Assembly (NCBI GenBank): GCA_038496445.1
Contig: JALMLS010000612.1
Location: 496,001-560,000, forward strand
Direction of reading: 5' to 3'
DNA from: Trichosphaerium sp. ATCC 40318
Lineage: Eukaryota > Protista > Tubulinea
Length of the DNA: 64,000 bases
Made by a program: the position numbers and the translations under genes. Shown here in pieces: positions 10,781-24,977 of the stretch (position 1 is the first letter of the stretch; every line of letters begins with the position of its first letter). The notes under the pieces are model-generated. The model was not told the origin of the DNA. It worked only from the letters and a program-made list of their open reading frames with translations, and did not search any database.

Positions 10781-13700
10781 TTAAAATGGTCTAGATACCA
10801 AGTTTGTAACAGCTTTACCCTTGTAATGAGCTACAACGAGTTTAGCCTTCTCAGCAATGCTCTCGTTTGTAAAACCGAATTTGGCTTGAACTTTCTTTCC
10901 TGGGCCTGAAGCTCCGAATGTCTTCATACCATGGACAGCATGAGCGTACTTGTACCAAGCATCAGTAGATCCAGCCTAAACATACAAATATAAGAAAAAC
11001 GCCAAGATTATCTGTTTGCTTAATCACTCCTTACCTCAACAGCGAGTACTGGTACTCCTTCTGGGAATACTGATTGTCTGTAGCTCTCTGGTTGCTCATC
11101 GAACAATTTCCAGCAAGGCATAGATACAACACGGACCTTACGATGAAGCTGTTAGCAATCTACAAAAAAGAGCGTAATGACTGAGTTTAGTACCTTGAGG
11201 TCTCCGAGTGCCTTTCTGGCGCCTACGCAGAATTCTACTTCAGAACCAGTACCGACAATGACGATATCTGGGGTTCCATCACATCCTTCTAGGACGTAAC
11301 CACCCTTTGCGGTGTTCTCAACTGAGGAATTGGCGTAGTGTGGTACATTCTGTCTTGTGAGAGCGAGTACACTTGGTCTGTGCTTGTTCTCAACAGCAAG
11401 GGCCCAAGCACCAACAGTCTACATATTTTAGTTAGCGCGTAGTGGCTTCCAAGTAAACGGAAAACGGTAAACCAATTTGTTTTCTGCGAATGAAAAGCTC
11501 GGACAAGCATCAAGAATCACAAATAGGGTACAAAAGGTTTCGGACAGTAGTCTACAAAATTGCCTTTGGTGTTTTGCGTACCTCGTTACCATCAGCTGGT
11601 CTGAAGAACAACAAGTTAGGTGTAGATCGGCAAAGCATAGCTTTCTCGATAGCTTGATGAGTTGGACCATCTTCACCCAAAGCGATAGAATCGTGGGTCA
11701 TAACCATAACACAACGCAAGTGGGACAATGCGCTGAGGATAACAGCACCGTATGCGTATCTAAGTAGAGAATATGTTAGCCATATAATAATCACTTCTGA
11801 CCATACGGAGAAACCAGTTTAAAATAAAATAAAAAGAACAAAAACTGATCAAAATCATCTTTTGTCTAATAATGTGCCGTACCCAATGAAGTTAAAGAAA
11901 GTAGAACCGAATGGAATGAAACCACCGTATGCGGCAATACCGTTCAAGATAGAAACCATACCGTGTTCGCGAACACCAAATCTAAACAAGTTGGTTAAAA
12001 AATGGTGAAAAAAAAAACAAAGAAAGATAAGCTGGGACTAACCTCAAGTTTCTGCCGTAAGCATTCTTTTGAAAGTCAGTGTCTTTGTTTAGGTATGTGA
12101 AGCATGAAGGGTTCAAATCAGCTGAACCACCAAAGAGTTCAGGCAAGACATCAGCCAAAGCGTTAATTACTTTACCGCCCAATTTACGGGTGGCAAGTGG
12201 GCTGTCAGCTAAAGTGTTTGTTAGTAATATCCTGTCATATTCTACTACACGTACCTGGGGTGTATTTTGGCAAGGCCTTTTTCCAATCTTTTGGAAGTTC
12301 TCCAGACATACGGCGTTCGAATTCAGCAGCAAGTTCTGGGTATTTTGATTTGTATGTGGCAAAAAGTTTGTTCCATTCAGCATGTTCTTCAGCACCCTTC
12401 TTTACATGGTTAAGTGCGTCAGAGGCTTCCTTGGCGACATGGAATTTTTCTTCGCTGAGTCCAAACCTATAATCTGTGAGTACTGGATGATTCCAAAAAG
12501 AAAAATCCGCCAAAAACAATGTGCTTACTTTTTCTTGCATTGAGCGATATCTTCTTCGCTAAGAGGGGAACCGTGTACGCCATGGGTACCTTCTTTTAGT
12601 GAACCAAAACCAATAGTTGTTTTGACCTGTTATAAGCTTGTAAGTACCAGTACAGCCAAATTTGACTGTTGTTAAATTTTACTAGAGAAACACGTACTGA
12701 AATGAGGGTAGGTTTATCGGTAACGGCTTTAGCAGCATTGATGGCCTTGAGGATACCTTCCAAGTCGCTATCACCATTCTCTACAGTGGCTACATCCCAT
12801 CCATATGATTTGTAACGCATATGAACATCCTCTGTGAAGGAAAGATCGGTATCACCTAGTAGTAAAAATTTAGTGTCAACTATTTTCTTGATTCTCTGGC
12901 GAACATACCATCAATTGTGATTTTGTTGTCATCGTACAAAACGATAAGTTTACCCAAACCGAGATGTCCGGCAATAGAAGAAGCTTCAGCGGATACACCT
13001 TCCTAATAGTAGAGGGTTAAACTCTTTGTTGTGCAAAGCATGTACGAAAGAAAAACGTACTTGGAGACAACCATCACCGCAGAATACGTAGGTGAAGTTA
13101 TCAACAATTTTTGCGTCATCCTTGTTGAATTCCTTTCCAAGGCGAGCCTTGGGAAAAAGAGTTTGTAATTGATAATGATAGTGCGTAAGGTACCTCAGCA
13201 ATGGCAAGACCGACTGCGTTGGAGATACCTTGACCAAGTGGGCCAGTAGTCACTTCAATGCCAGGGAAGTCGTTCTCTGGGTGACCAGGAGTCCTAGTTA
13301 AGTATGAGTGAGCTAGTTTTAATCGATTCTTGAGGTACTTTGAGCCAATTTGTCTGAATGATTTCAAATCATCCATGGTCCAGTCTGTGTAGCCAGTGAG
13401 GTGGAGCATAACGTATTGTAGTGCGCAAGCGTGTCCGTTTGACAAGACAAAGCGATCGCGGTTTGCCTAAGTGCAACATAAACAACAACGCGCAGGACGA
13501 GGTAAAACGTACCCACTTTGGGTCTACAGGATCGTACTTCATTACAGATCCCCAAAGTACGTGAGCCATAGGAGCCATACCCATAGGTGCACCTGGGTGA
13601 CCGCTGTTGGCTTTACGTACTGTATCAGCACTATACGAAACGTTACGAACAATTGGGCCAATTTACAGAAATACGTACCTCAACATGCGGATAGTGTTTA

Positions 13701-13905
13701 CGCTAACATTTGAAGATTGCTAGCAGAAAAATTAGCTGTTTCTCCATTGCGAATAAATTGTAAAAAAGCCTGGCACGCGTTTTTATGTGCCTTTTTCGCA
13801 ACAACAGAACAGTGGGAAGTGTTAGACAATTTTTTTTTTCATTTTCAGACCAAGCGGACAAAGCATAGTTGCGCATGGCAAGGTTTTTAGAGTACGTACA
13901 GACAT
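10781..13905 (-). CDS. TKT: Transketolase, multi-exon
   Basis: [60 protein letters not shown] motifs. Confidence 0.97.
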
Positions 13906-14391
13906 GTGTGTTGTAGTGGTTGAAGACTCGCCGACTGTTTCTTAAAGTGGTTAAGCACGCGTTTTACGCTTAGTCACGTCACCTTTTGCTTCCTTTGTCT
14001 CTACTCTTTGTCGTTTGCTTCTATCATCCTAAATAGCACTCAGTACATTGCACACATTCAACGCTATGGGCATGTGGCATAAAACCGTTAGTGTTGTGGT
14101 GTAACATACATCAGTATCTCCAGCGTTTAGCCTACGTTTTTTAGAACTGTTTGACATTCCAGTGATCGCGTGAGTTGGTAATAAGTATGTAACAAATGTC
14201 CGTTAGGTTTGAAAATAAATCGGCCTAACTGGCGGTAAGAGTTCGTCAAAGGATCCAAAATTGATTTAAACCACAACAGCAGCCCTTACAATGCATAAAA
14301 ATAACACGTTGTTTGAAGCAAAATCACGTGGTTGCCAAACAATTGGCTCGATAATTTTTCAGTTAGTTTTATTGTAGTAAACACACAGTCG

Positions 14392-14868
14392 TCACTTATC
14401 TAAAATCACTCGTATAAAACCGTTTTTCCAAGTCTTCCAAGCCTTAGAGTCCCAATACCGAAATACACCACCACTCCATACTGGTATTTGTATGTCGGTT
14501 GTAGTTAACTTAAAGGAGCCGCTGATAAATGCTGAGTTCTGACCGTGATGATTACAGTAGTTTTGGCACCATGTAATATCGTACACGTCATTAGCTGGCA
14601 TGGATGGTGTGAAGTGAACTGTTACATGAGCAGGACAAGAGCCAAAGGTATGCTTAAATGTTAGCACATTACATTTTGACGCATTGGCAGGCACCCAATC
14701 GCTTGTGAAGCGGTTTGGCTTTTGTAAATCAAGCTCGAGTTTTTTAATTCGTTCGATAGCGTCTTGTAGAGTTAAAAGTGGTTTTGTAGTACTCTTCTCT
14801 TTAGTTTGCTTGTTAAACCACCATTTAGATCCATCGAAGTTTTCGCGTTCTTCCCACTGTCCACTCAT
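14392..14868 (-). CDS. Intronless protein: WW-like N-terminus, coiled coil and beta-rich C-terminal domain
   Basis: WEERENFDGSKWWFNKQTKEKSTTKP fits the WW pattern; LQDAIERIKKLE heptads follow. Confidence 0.7.
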   Translation of the reverse strand: MSGQWEERENFDGSKWWFNKQTKEKSTTKPLLTLQDAIERIKKLELDLQKPNRFTSDWVPANASKCNVLTFKHTFGSCPAHVTVHFTPSMPANDVYDITWCQNYCNHHGQNSAFISGSFKLTTTDIQIPVWSGGVFRYWDSKAWKTWKNGFIRVILDK

Positions 14869-14993
14869 TATAAGACGCAGCTAGCTTTGAACAATAATAA
14901 TTTTTGAAGTTCCTTTGACCGACACCGTTCCTTGTGTTTACATTTCGGTTTTTTTTCTTTGAATTACCAATGAGGAAAACCAAATATGTTTTA

Positions 14994-15154
14994 GTATTGT
15001 CCGTTTCAGTCAAGTTAGTCAACTAGTTATTTCGCCAGTTATTTTTCGCTCTGGAAGCACTTTATTTGTGTTGTAGTAGCCATTGGAGCACTTTTTACGA
15101 GAAAAATAACTGACGAAATAACTAGTTGACTAACTTGACTGAAACGGACAATAC
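14994..15154. mobile_element. MITE / fold-back element
   Basis: 54-bp inverted repeats at 14994-15047 and 15101-15154 with one mismatch; TA at both ends (14995-96, 15152-53) fits a TA TSD. Confidence 0.85.
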
Positions 15155-15215
15155 ACACCACCAATGATACTTTACAGCAAACAAACTAACAAGAATAAAA
15201 GGTGTCGTGACTTGT

Positions 15216-18166
15216 TTATTTTATCAATGTGTTGTCTTCTTTTTTGTTTGGGAGTGGTGTATTTAATCTGTTGTTAGTTTTTTCAGCAAGGAAGTACTGG
15301 ATATCTGGTTCTTCTCCAAGGAGGTTCATTAACATCTTTTTTGGGCTACCAACACCAGCAGGTCGTAAAAGACCTTCTTCAAGAATTCTACCAGCTTCTC
15401 TACTGAGAGGCTCTTTCAAGAAGATTTTATGCCACATGTGCGCACTAGAAACTTCACAAAACAAGTATGAGTAATAAGTACTTGCATAACTACAACGAAG
15501 AGATCAGACATGACAGAACAGCAAACAACATTCTAACTTACTTCTGAAGATGACCACATAACGTATGACTGTAAGTTCCAGGAACATGTGGAATACTTCC
15601 AAAGCATTCATTTACTGTCTTTTCACAATCTTGCCAATCCTAAGCAAGTTATTCATTGACAATCAGTGGAATAAAGAGTTTCGTACCATTGCTGTTGGTC
15701 CATGTACAACTTGATCTAAAGCAGATGATACAAGTTGTTCCTGTATATTTACTGCTCCCCAAATACGTTTACTACGAAGATATGCGTCCAGAGTGTCTTT
15801 TGGAAGTGTCTCTCCTAGTATAAGATAAGCAAAGAAAGGTCAAATCAAAAAACCACTTGCCTGTTTTGTAATGCTTTGCGAATTTACTGAGAACGCGATA
15901 ATCACGGATAAAGTGCTCAAAGAGCGTAGAAGGTGTCTCATTAAAATCTAGGGCAGTTCTTGTACCTATTAAAAAGCGAGGGTATTAGCTTTAATGCAAT
16001 AAAGAAAATAATCATCATACCACTGCATGATTGTAGCTGTGTATCTGCTAGTACAGCGTGCATTAGATGACCGAACTCATGAAATATTGTTTCTGCATCT
16101 TGGAACTCCAAAGTAAGGACATTAGTACCATCTTCAGGAAACCTTTTAAATAATAAGAAGCGTTTGTAAAGAGAATACATGAAATTATGAAAACTGAATG
16201 TACTTGGCGTTGATGTTATGAACCATCATCACCTTTGGGATTTTATTGTATCTATTCCTGAATTTTATAGGCATATTTGCAGCACCATTAAACCGACTTT
16301 CTATGTGAATATACGCCTAGAAAACATATTTTAATCTACCAACAAAATCCAAACAGAAAAATATTTTTCTCACCTCTCCCATCAACTCACTTGTTTCTCC
16401 TCTTGTGAACTGGAACTACAAATAAAAGTTTACACCCAAATCCATAATATAAAGAATCACTCACCTTTCTTCCTACAGCGTCAATCATTTCTCCTTTAGC
16501 TGCAGGTACTTCCACCATGTCTAAATCGAACAATGATTTTGCTACCAAAGCCAATCCATTAAATACGTTCTCAATAGTAAGATAATTGCTCATTGATGGT
16601 ATTTCGCGTCCATCCCCTCTAGTCAAGAAAGGTATATCCCATTTCTGTACTTTTGGATCTGTATCTCTTGGACAAAGTGTTTTTTTCCTTTTAGCAATAT
16701 CCTCAAGTGCTTTTTCAACAATTGGATTTACAGTCGCTGCATACTTCTACACATGGCGTTATAACGTGATTTAAAATATGACAAGACGAACCTCAAGTAG
16801 TCTTATAACATCTTTGCCTTTATATATACGTAACACATCATTCATGTCAGCAAAAGACTCAAAATCAAGAAAATTAGCAAGTTCTCTTCTTCGTTCAAAT
16901 GTTTCATCCATAATTCTTGTTGTTGCTTTTTAACTTTTAGTTCTCGTCTTGCTTGAAGTATGCGGTGACTTACGTGTGGGTCCTAGTGAACTTTTATATA
17001 CTTGTTCACGGATACTACCAATAGGACAGTATTTTATTAGCCTATTTCTGTAGGCATACGGTACTTCAGCCTTTCCTTTTGTAGCAGTTGTACATCCAGG
17101 TAATAATGCTTCCATTATTTGTCTCTCTTCTTCATCGAGATCATTTGGTACATCAATAAAACAGGGTCCATATGTCTCAGGTTTTCCCTCTTGATCATAA
17201 TATAAGCGCTTTAGATGTCTTCGAAGTTAAGATAGAGAATAGCTTGCAAATTTTGGATTTCCTTGCAGATTGTTAAAAGTTCAAAGTTGGATACTGTATT
17301 TCATCGTTTATCTCTCTCAGAACCTCTTTTTGTTCTGGTATAACTTTTGTTATACCAAACTTCTCAAACTCACGCTTAAGTTGCTTTGCAACCTTTGACT
17401 CTTCTTCTGATAAATGCTCCCTACATTGTAATATAAATAAAAACCCAGAAAAATCGCAAGATCCTCACGTACTTGTTCTCAAGTGCCTCTGAAATCTTTT
17501 GAAACAAACCTTCGTTTGTATGTAATTCCGTTAGCTTTGGTGCAAAAGAATCTAAAGCATCCATTGCTCCTACCATCAATCAAAATTATATTGTATTTAC
17601 CAATCAAAAAAGCACGTGATGACATACCCTCAGCCCATTCACTGTTAGGATGCACGCTAGCACATGACTCTGCTGGGTCTGCTACAGCACATAGAGTATC
17701 AGAAATACGATCCATATTCCTTACGATCTAGAGAAAGTTAAAATGCAACTGCTGTATCCGTGTTCAGTGCAGGCTTGTCTATTTTCTTTTTTAAAGCCAT
17801 AAATACGCTTGAACATTGGGAACCTAAGCGTTCAGGGGTATTGTACTCTGTTTTTGGTTCCATTATGACAAAAAGACTTACCTCAGCGTAGTTTTGCGAT
17901 TTATCGGTAGTTATAGTATGTACTAATGCATCTATGTCCTCCAATTTTTTTTTTGCCTCTTTACTCCAATCACTGGGTTTATGTATTCCTTTTAGTCCAA
18001 AAAGTGGAGATTCTACGCTCTCGTTTACTACTGGAGGGCTAGAAAAATCAAATTGCGTGGCTGCAGTTCGTTTGGGGTAACGAATAGATACTCGCGATTT
18101 AATACGTCGTGTAGCATCTGGAATACCACTGAGCCTCGTAATAGAGGCGCAACGCGCTAGCAACAT
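15216..18166 (-). CDS. MIPEP: Mitochondrial intermediate peptidase (M3A metallopeptidase), multi-exon
   Basis: Arg-rich presequence [13 protein letters not shown]; [13 protein letters not shown]; FHEFGHLMH; [13 protein letters not shown]; HYKTGETLP; YYSYLF. Confidence 0.9.
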
Positions 18167-18493
18167 CTCAAAACAGCATTAAGGCAGTACAGCATTTCTT
18201 GTTAAGGGTAGATCAAATTTATCACTTTGCAGAACAAGTGAAGATGTTATTTCACGTTCATTGCACTTGACAAGAGTTGGGATTTGAAACAATGTGCAGC
18301 TCGTTTTCATTTAGTGCTCTATTGTGTTGTATTTTGTCTCAATACTAGCCATTTTTAACCGTCAACCATATTTTCTACTGACTTGAGAACAAATGTGCTA
18401 AAACCAATTGCTGATTTCGTTACTTAACAAGGCTGTTTAACTACAACAAGCTTTGAATGTAGAAACAAGTATACTCTTCTCTGGTTTATTGTC

Positions 18494-21400
18494 CTACAGC
18501 GTTAAATCTTTTGGTCTCACATTGCATTTTTCGTGAACTACCTTTACTGTAGCTGGCGCATCAAGAGGTAAGTAACCACTGCCTTGTCCAGAAGCCTTGC
18601 GATAAGCTCTAATAGCCTGTTTGATGGCAAAGAAAACGGAGATTGAGAGAGATAAAGGCGGTTCTCCAGCTGACTTACTTGAAAGTACACCTGAAAGGTT
18701 TGGCTAAAAAAAGTGATCAATGACATTGTTGCACTCTAGCGAAAGATAACGTACAGCGTTTTTAAGAAGAGATACCCTGAAGTCTATTGGAATATCCTTA
18801 ATACTAGGAGGTTTATATTCCCAGGTTCCATCGTTGATCATGTTAGCTTTATCGTCATACTCAATCTCTTCCGTCAGGAAATATCCCAATCCCATAACAA
18901 AAGCACCTTGTACCTGTCCAATATCAACCTTAAACGGATTTTAGTGATGCGAACGTGAGTTTGTTAGTGTTGATTTAAGAAATGGCTTGATAATGTAATG
19001 CGTACAGCTACATTCAAGGAGATACCACAATCGAATAAAATATCACATCGTTCAATTTGGATAGCACCAGTAAGTATATCAACTTCTACCTTGAGAAAAA
19101 AGTGAGATTGTATTTTCATTGGCGAGCTAAAAATACCTGGGAGACGCATGCACTGTATGATTGGTAAGAAATCGTATTACTTGATGGCGTGTTCTTTACA
19201 TGACCAAAAGCCTACATATGGTTAAAGATACGATAAAAGATGAAGGCGTACTTGAAGGTCAACGCGATTTCTTAGAGCAACGCTAACAAGAGCTGGCCAT
19301 TCTTCGGTAGGAAATAAACTTCTAAATGGGTCCAAACTTGTATTAATAGTTTTGCATGCACGTAAAACTGCTTCAACACACACACCAGAGGTAATAGAAC
19401 CAGCTAACAGGTTTTAGGAAAAGTGGCTAAACAGTCCAAAATATTTGTTTTTTTTGTTTTCTACCTGTAGGTGAACTGCCGGGTGTCACAAAAGTGGAAG
19501 TAGGTGTAACAGTAAAATACTTCATAGGCACACGCAAAGCATAAGCAGCAGCTTGAATTGCTTTCGTAAAGATTCCTACAAAGGAATAAACTTAATACGT
19601 TTGAAAAAGAAAGAAAAAACGAAGAAATCTGCTTTATTCTCCCTTACCCTGTCCAATCTCAACCCCTGAAATAGTCATAATAACAGTTCCGTCGCCCTGT
19701 ATACTAATAAGGGCAGTATGACGCGAAACTAATGTCAAGTTAGTTGGATAAGGCGCAGTTTTTTAAAAAGTATCTTACAGAGCCATCCTAATGCATAACG
19801 TGAAGGCATAATTGATAGGCCTTTTTTCTTCCAAGTATTTGCTTTATTAAATTTATCAACTTTTCTTTTTCTTTCCTAAACTTCAGTTATCTACGCAGTA
19901 TTTGATGACCTGAAAATACTTTACCTTAAAGTCGGATGTTTTCATAACATTAGCATATATCTCATCTATATTGCAATAATGCAGTGTTGTACCAGAAGGT
20001 GTTACATCGCCTGCAAATGTTAAATTAGTCGACTTCTTTAGCCAAGTTTGTTCTTGCCTTTACTGAAAAAGTTCTTGGCACGTAAAACATCTGTGTCCAT
20101 TTTAAGAGCACATGAAACGTGTTCAACAATATGCTCAGTAAAGAAATTACCAGCAACATAACCAGGACCTCTTGTATAAGTATTTGAAACAAGATTTGTC
20201 TGGCAAAGTTTTCCAGCGGTTGAGAAATTATCTATTTTGTACGTCGTTCCCATAGTTACTAATATTCCAAACAGCGGACCACCACTATCTCCTGCAGTAC
20301 ATCCACCTAATTCGAATCTCATAAATAAAAGGAATAAAGAAGTAAACAATAGCCGTACCATCAACGTAAATATTAGAATCAAGAGCTATAATTTTTCCTT
20401 CTTTTGAAAATCCAACCTATGGTGTATATGTTAATCAAGCAGCTGATTCAAATCCGTTTTCTTTACCTTGTAGTCACATCTAGCTGGATGGCGGTTTCCC
20501 ATACTCTTCATACTAGTACTGAGAGATACCATCATACGTACTGGTTTACCAAGTGCTTTAGATGCAACAGCAACAGCAGATGCATTATCTACATAAAAAG
20601 TCTCAAAAACAAAGCACTTGCCTAATTACGCACTGACGGAATTGGACACTTTTCCTCCGTATCCACCTCCGCAACGTCGCACTTCCGCGATTACTGAATT
20701 ATTGTCGACTCCTAAGGCTTTAGATACAAAGTCTTGAACATAAGGAGGTGCTTGTGTGGCACAGTAAATGGTATATGAGTCGCCTAAAGATACAGTTATC
20801 TTTCATAGTTTTTGCGCAATGTTAGTATTATTACTCACTGTCAGTAGGTACAGCCATAGCAGTTTGATTCTCCATATAAAAGTGGTACTGACTACCACAT
20901 TGTACTGAGCCTTCTACAATGAAATCTGACTCTTCAAATCCTTTCTCGAGGTCTCCTATGGCATAAACTGGCAATTGCTATAGACAATATTAGTGTTTTC
21001 TTGACGACCCATGCCAAAAACCAAGATCAAAAACTTATGTTTCTCTGACATTAACAAGTCACGTACAATTGGATAAAACGATTCTTTTTCAATAGCTTCA
21101 TCAAGGGACACGATAGGTGGTTGAATGTTTGTATAGGTAATTTTGACTAACTTTGCGGCTTCGTCTGCAATCTCTTGTGTTTTTGCAACAATAAGTCCAA
21201 CAGGTTGACCAGAGAATATTATCTCATCGCTTGCAAATATAGGCACGGCTAAAAAGTCAGTGAAAGAGTCGAAGTCAGTTTCAAAGGGATTACCTTTTCC
21301 TCCAATATTAGAGCCTGGTACATCATTTGCTGATATAAACGATACAACGCCTTTCATCGCTACTGCTTCAGAAACATCTATAGATTCTAGAGTAGCATTG

Positions 21401-24189
21401 GCTACATCAGTGAGTACATATTGAGCGTATAAACATCCTTTAGGTGATGGCAAATCGTCTACATATTCAGCCTCTCCAGAAGTTTGTTTTAGGCCAGAAA
21501 CTTTTGGAATGTATTCGGATATTGGGTACTCTAAATATGCCATCAATACACGTGATTTCTTATTTGTGATAAAAACTCACGTGCTGGGTCTGTTTGGTAC
21601 GTTTCGCTCCCTGAAGATACTGCGCGATCGTAGTATTGTGTTGCTGAAATTAGCCTCGGTGGTAAGGACTTGACGCAAGTCAATGCATATTTGTAGAACA
21701 TTGATGCAATCAAAGATTGTCGGTACGCAATCGATCCATGTACAGGGTCTAGAAACGAGATGTTCAGCACAACTGCTAAACTAGCACAAGGAGTTACCTG
21801 GCTCGTATTGTCTTATAATCCTGCGTATGGCTCTTTGTATGACCATAGTGCTATCAAATCTCTTACCAGTCAAGAACTTTTCAGCATCCGTCATTCGACA
21901 TAGCCGAGTAGTCCAACCTCCATATGCGATCACGGGACTCGATATAATACCTTTATCGTTTATAACCATCGATATACCGCCGTTTACAAATGCATGCGAA
22001 TTAACATGTCTCTTGGCAACCTTGTAGCATCTTACAACGCTCTGAGGTGCTGAGAATGGGATGATAACAGCAACTATTACTTTCCTTGCCAAACTGGTAT
22101 TGAGGAAAGAATCGAGATTGACTACTTTAGTGCTTCCAGTGGCTGCATCACCGATGGCATACATAGCATTTGCGGCTGCAAGAGTAGTAAAAAGATCAGA
22201 AGGAAACGCTTTTTCCTTATCATGAGCCATCGCAATCTGCAATGTATAATTAGAAAAACCAGGTGTATATAAAACTAAGTGCGTACATTCCCAGCAATGG
22301 AACCAATGTTTCGCACTTGCGTATTAGCAACACGCTTCAACAAATAAAGTAGCGATTTGAATGAAGAATACTCTGGTTTTCCTGTATCCGCTGCTTCTTG
22401 TATTGTTCTTATGAGGGCTTGGATTGATGTACAAGCACCGAATGTGAATGCTGTCGGCCCTTTGACTATTCCGTTAAGTCCAGGGACATCAGCAATGTAT
22501 AATAAGTGCTTTTGTGGAGGGTCTTTGTATATTCCAACAGAGGTGTTGCCAGCAACGAGACGGACTTTCTCTGGTGGGTACTTATTCAGTAACTCATAAA
22601 GCTGACCAATAGATGAAACAGTATGCCAAACGAATCCGTTGTCGCCAAAGAATGAAGGAGTTGGTACACGAACAAGTTTTCTCTAGAAATCAGAACCGTG
22701 AGTGCTTACACAGTCCAGCATTGATGTACCTCGTTTTTCTTGGAACAGTGATGGTGCTCTTTGAACTTCATTTGTTTGATAGGCATAACCTCGACATCAC
22801 GGTAATGCTCTGAAATGGTCGATTTCAGCTCTTGGCTATTCTCCTATTATAAATTTTAGATCATGAAGTTGTAGTTCTATTAATAGTAAGCTTACCTTGT
22901 GGTCGTTGTCAGTAGCAAAGGTATTGAAGGAGTCCAGAATACTGGAAAAGAGGAGGTTAGCATAGCAAAAGTAACTGGAATTATACCTTCTGTAGCCTGT
23001 GCAGCGACATAAGTTGCCGTCAAAGTAATCTTCAATGTCCTTTACTGTCTGTTTGGGATTCTCCTCCAGTAAGTTATACATATTCATAGCAAATCCAGGC
23101 GTGCCTAAAAACAGAGTATTAGCAGCACAAAACGTTGCTATATAACGTACAGAAACCGCATTGCGTGGCATTCATCGAAGCCATACGCTCTTGAATAGGA
23201 TGGTATCCTGATGCTGCAGAACCTAAACCTTCAATTGTTTCTACGTCCCATCCATTGCAAGACGCTAGCGGACGAAGACAAGAATTGACAGAAAGCGTAC
23301 TAAAAAAAAATCACAAACTCGAATAAAAAAATAATAAGGCATACACGAATTTGTTTGTATTGGGATCTTTCCGAGATATAACCACTGTACATACACCACA
23401 GCCACCTTCACCGCAGGTTTTCTTTGTCCCCGTTAACCCAACTAACTTGCAGTTACAGAACGGCATATGAGGTTACAAAAAATAAAATAAAAAATATGCA
23501 AAAAAACCGGTTTAAATCACGTGGGTGATTTGTTTCATCACGTGATTTGCTAATGTATTAAACCCTTTTTATAAATAGTTTTTGAGTGTTTTTTACGTCA
23601 CGTAGGTTTTAAAAAAAGCTCGGTTTGGGTAACGCACCTTTTGTTCTTAAATAGGTGTTTAGCGTCATTTTGGGATCGACTTTCTGTAATGTGTATTTTT
23701 TTCCGTTCACACATATTTTGAATTTACCAGTGATATCTTCTTTCTTTTTGTTTCCATGTATCAATACTTGAGGGCATTTTTCGTCTTCGTCGTCTTGCTC
23801 CGTTTTTCCTTGTCTTCGCAGTTTTTTTCTGTTGTCATAAAATTAACCAACTGTTTAGTTGTATCTAAGCGTACGTTGTGCTTTGGCCTAGAGGAACAAT
23901 TTCCGGTTTCAATGGTTCTTCAAGCACTGCACGAGAAGCTAATTTGTCTCTCTTTACTTTCTCTTCACTGTTCAGTGCTTCAATTGCTAAAGAGCATTGC
24001 TACAAAAGATTAAGCGGTTTTAGTTTTTGGAAGGGATTCCAATTTTACACTCGTACCTCATAAGTGGGAGGAGAATGTACCGCGTGACGCTTGGAGAAGA
24101 AATTAAATCACTCCTAAGTTATATTTAAACGGTACCTCACGAGTGTCCAACGACGGATAGAGTCTAGGACTCTTATTATTCCTATCCAT
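18494..24189 (-). CDS. Molybdo-flavoenzyme (aldehyde oxidase / xanthine dehydrogenase family) with N-terminal extension, multi-exon
   Basis: [81 protein letters not shown]; YTRGPG in place of XDH FRGFG points to aldehyde-oxidase-like. Confidence 0.93.
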
Positions 24190-24977
24190 ACTAAATTCTT
24201 GTCACAGCGAGCTGTACAAGAGGTGTGATGATTTTAATAGAAAGATTTTATGTGTGAAAGTCAAAAATTATCTGATCCTTTTTTCGGGAGTGATTCTGCC
24301 ACGTCAAGCGATTATCGAAAAAAGTTAGAAAACGTGACAATAAATAAAATTTTAAACACCAAAGGCTTAAATATCATCAGATACTCGACATGGACCAGTC
24401 CTTAGCAGTTAAATATAAACAACGAGCCGTTTAGTTATCAGTATTGTTAATGAACGCCGGTCTTCGCAAGTGTCACAAGCAAATTAGAACTCTGAACTCT
24501 TTCGGAAGTTTGTTGTTCAAATAGTATTTTGGAAGTGATTCCCAAATTCACTTTTAGGTCACCGGACGCGGGCAAAAGCACTGGTCCTCATGGAGAAGAT
24601 ACGTGGAATTCATTGACTACTTTCCAAGTGAGCTAAAACCTGGAAGTTGAGAATTGCCTATGTAGCATCACGTGCTTCGCACAATAGCATAAGAGTACAA
24701 TCTGAAGTCGTAACTATGCAGAAAATTGGTTGAACGCAAAGAAATGCTAGAATTTCTTTGGAATCCATTGTAGATAACTGTGATTAATTTGTATTCAGTG
24801 CATGTTTTTCAAGACTGTCCACGCAATCTATTACTATGCTTCAGAAACACAGAAACGGGATTGTTTTAGGTTTACAATTTGTGTGCCACAGCAAACGCAA
24901 TGAAGTTAAGTCCACTATTCTTAACAGCAGCTAACTTTGTTAATTATTGCCAACATTGACGATAAACGTATCACGTG

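Noticed and set aside
11420-13899. TPP riboswitch or snoRNA in the longer transketolase introns
   Set aside because: No GCUGAGA/CCUGAU aptamer core and no convincing C/D or H/ACA box pair
20590-20640. Apparent GC donor (GCAAGT) in the oxidase gene
   Set aside because: The frame requires the upstream GTGCGT donor
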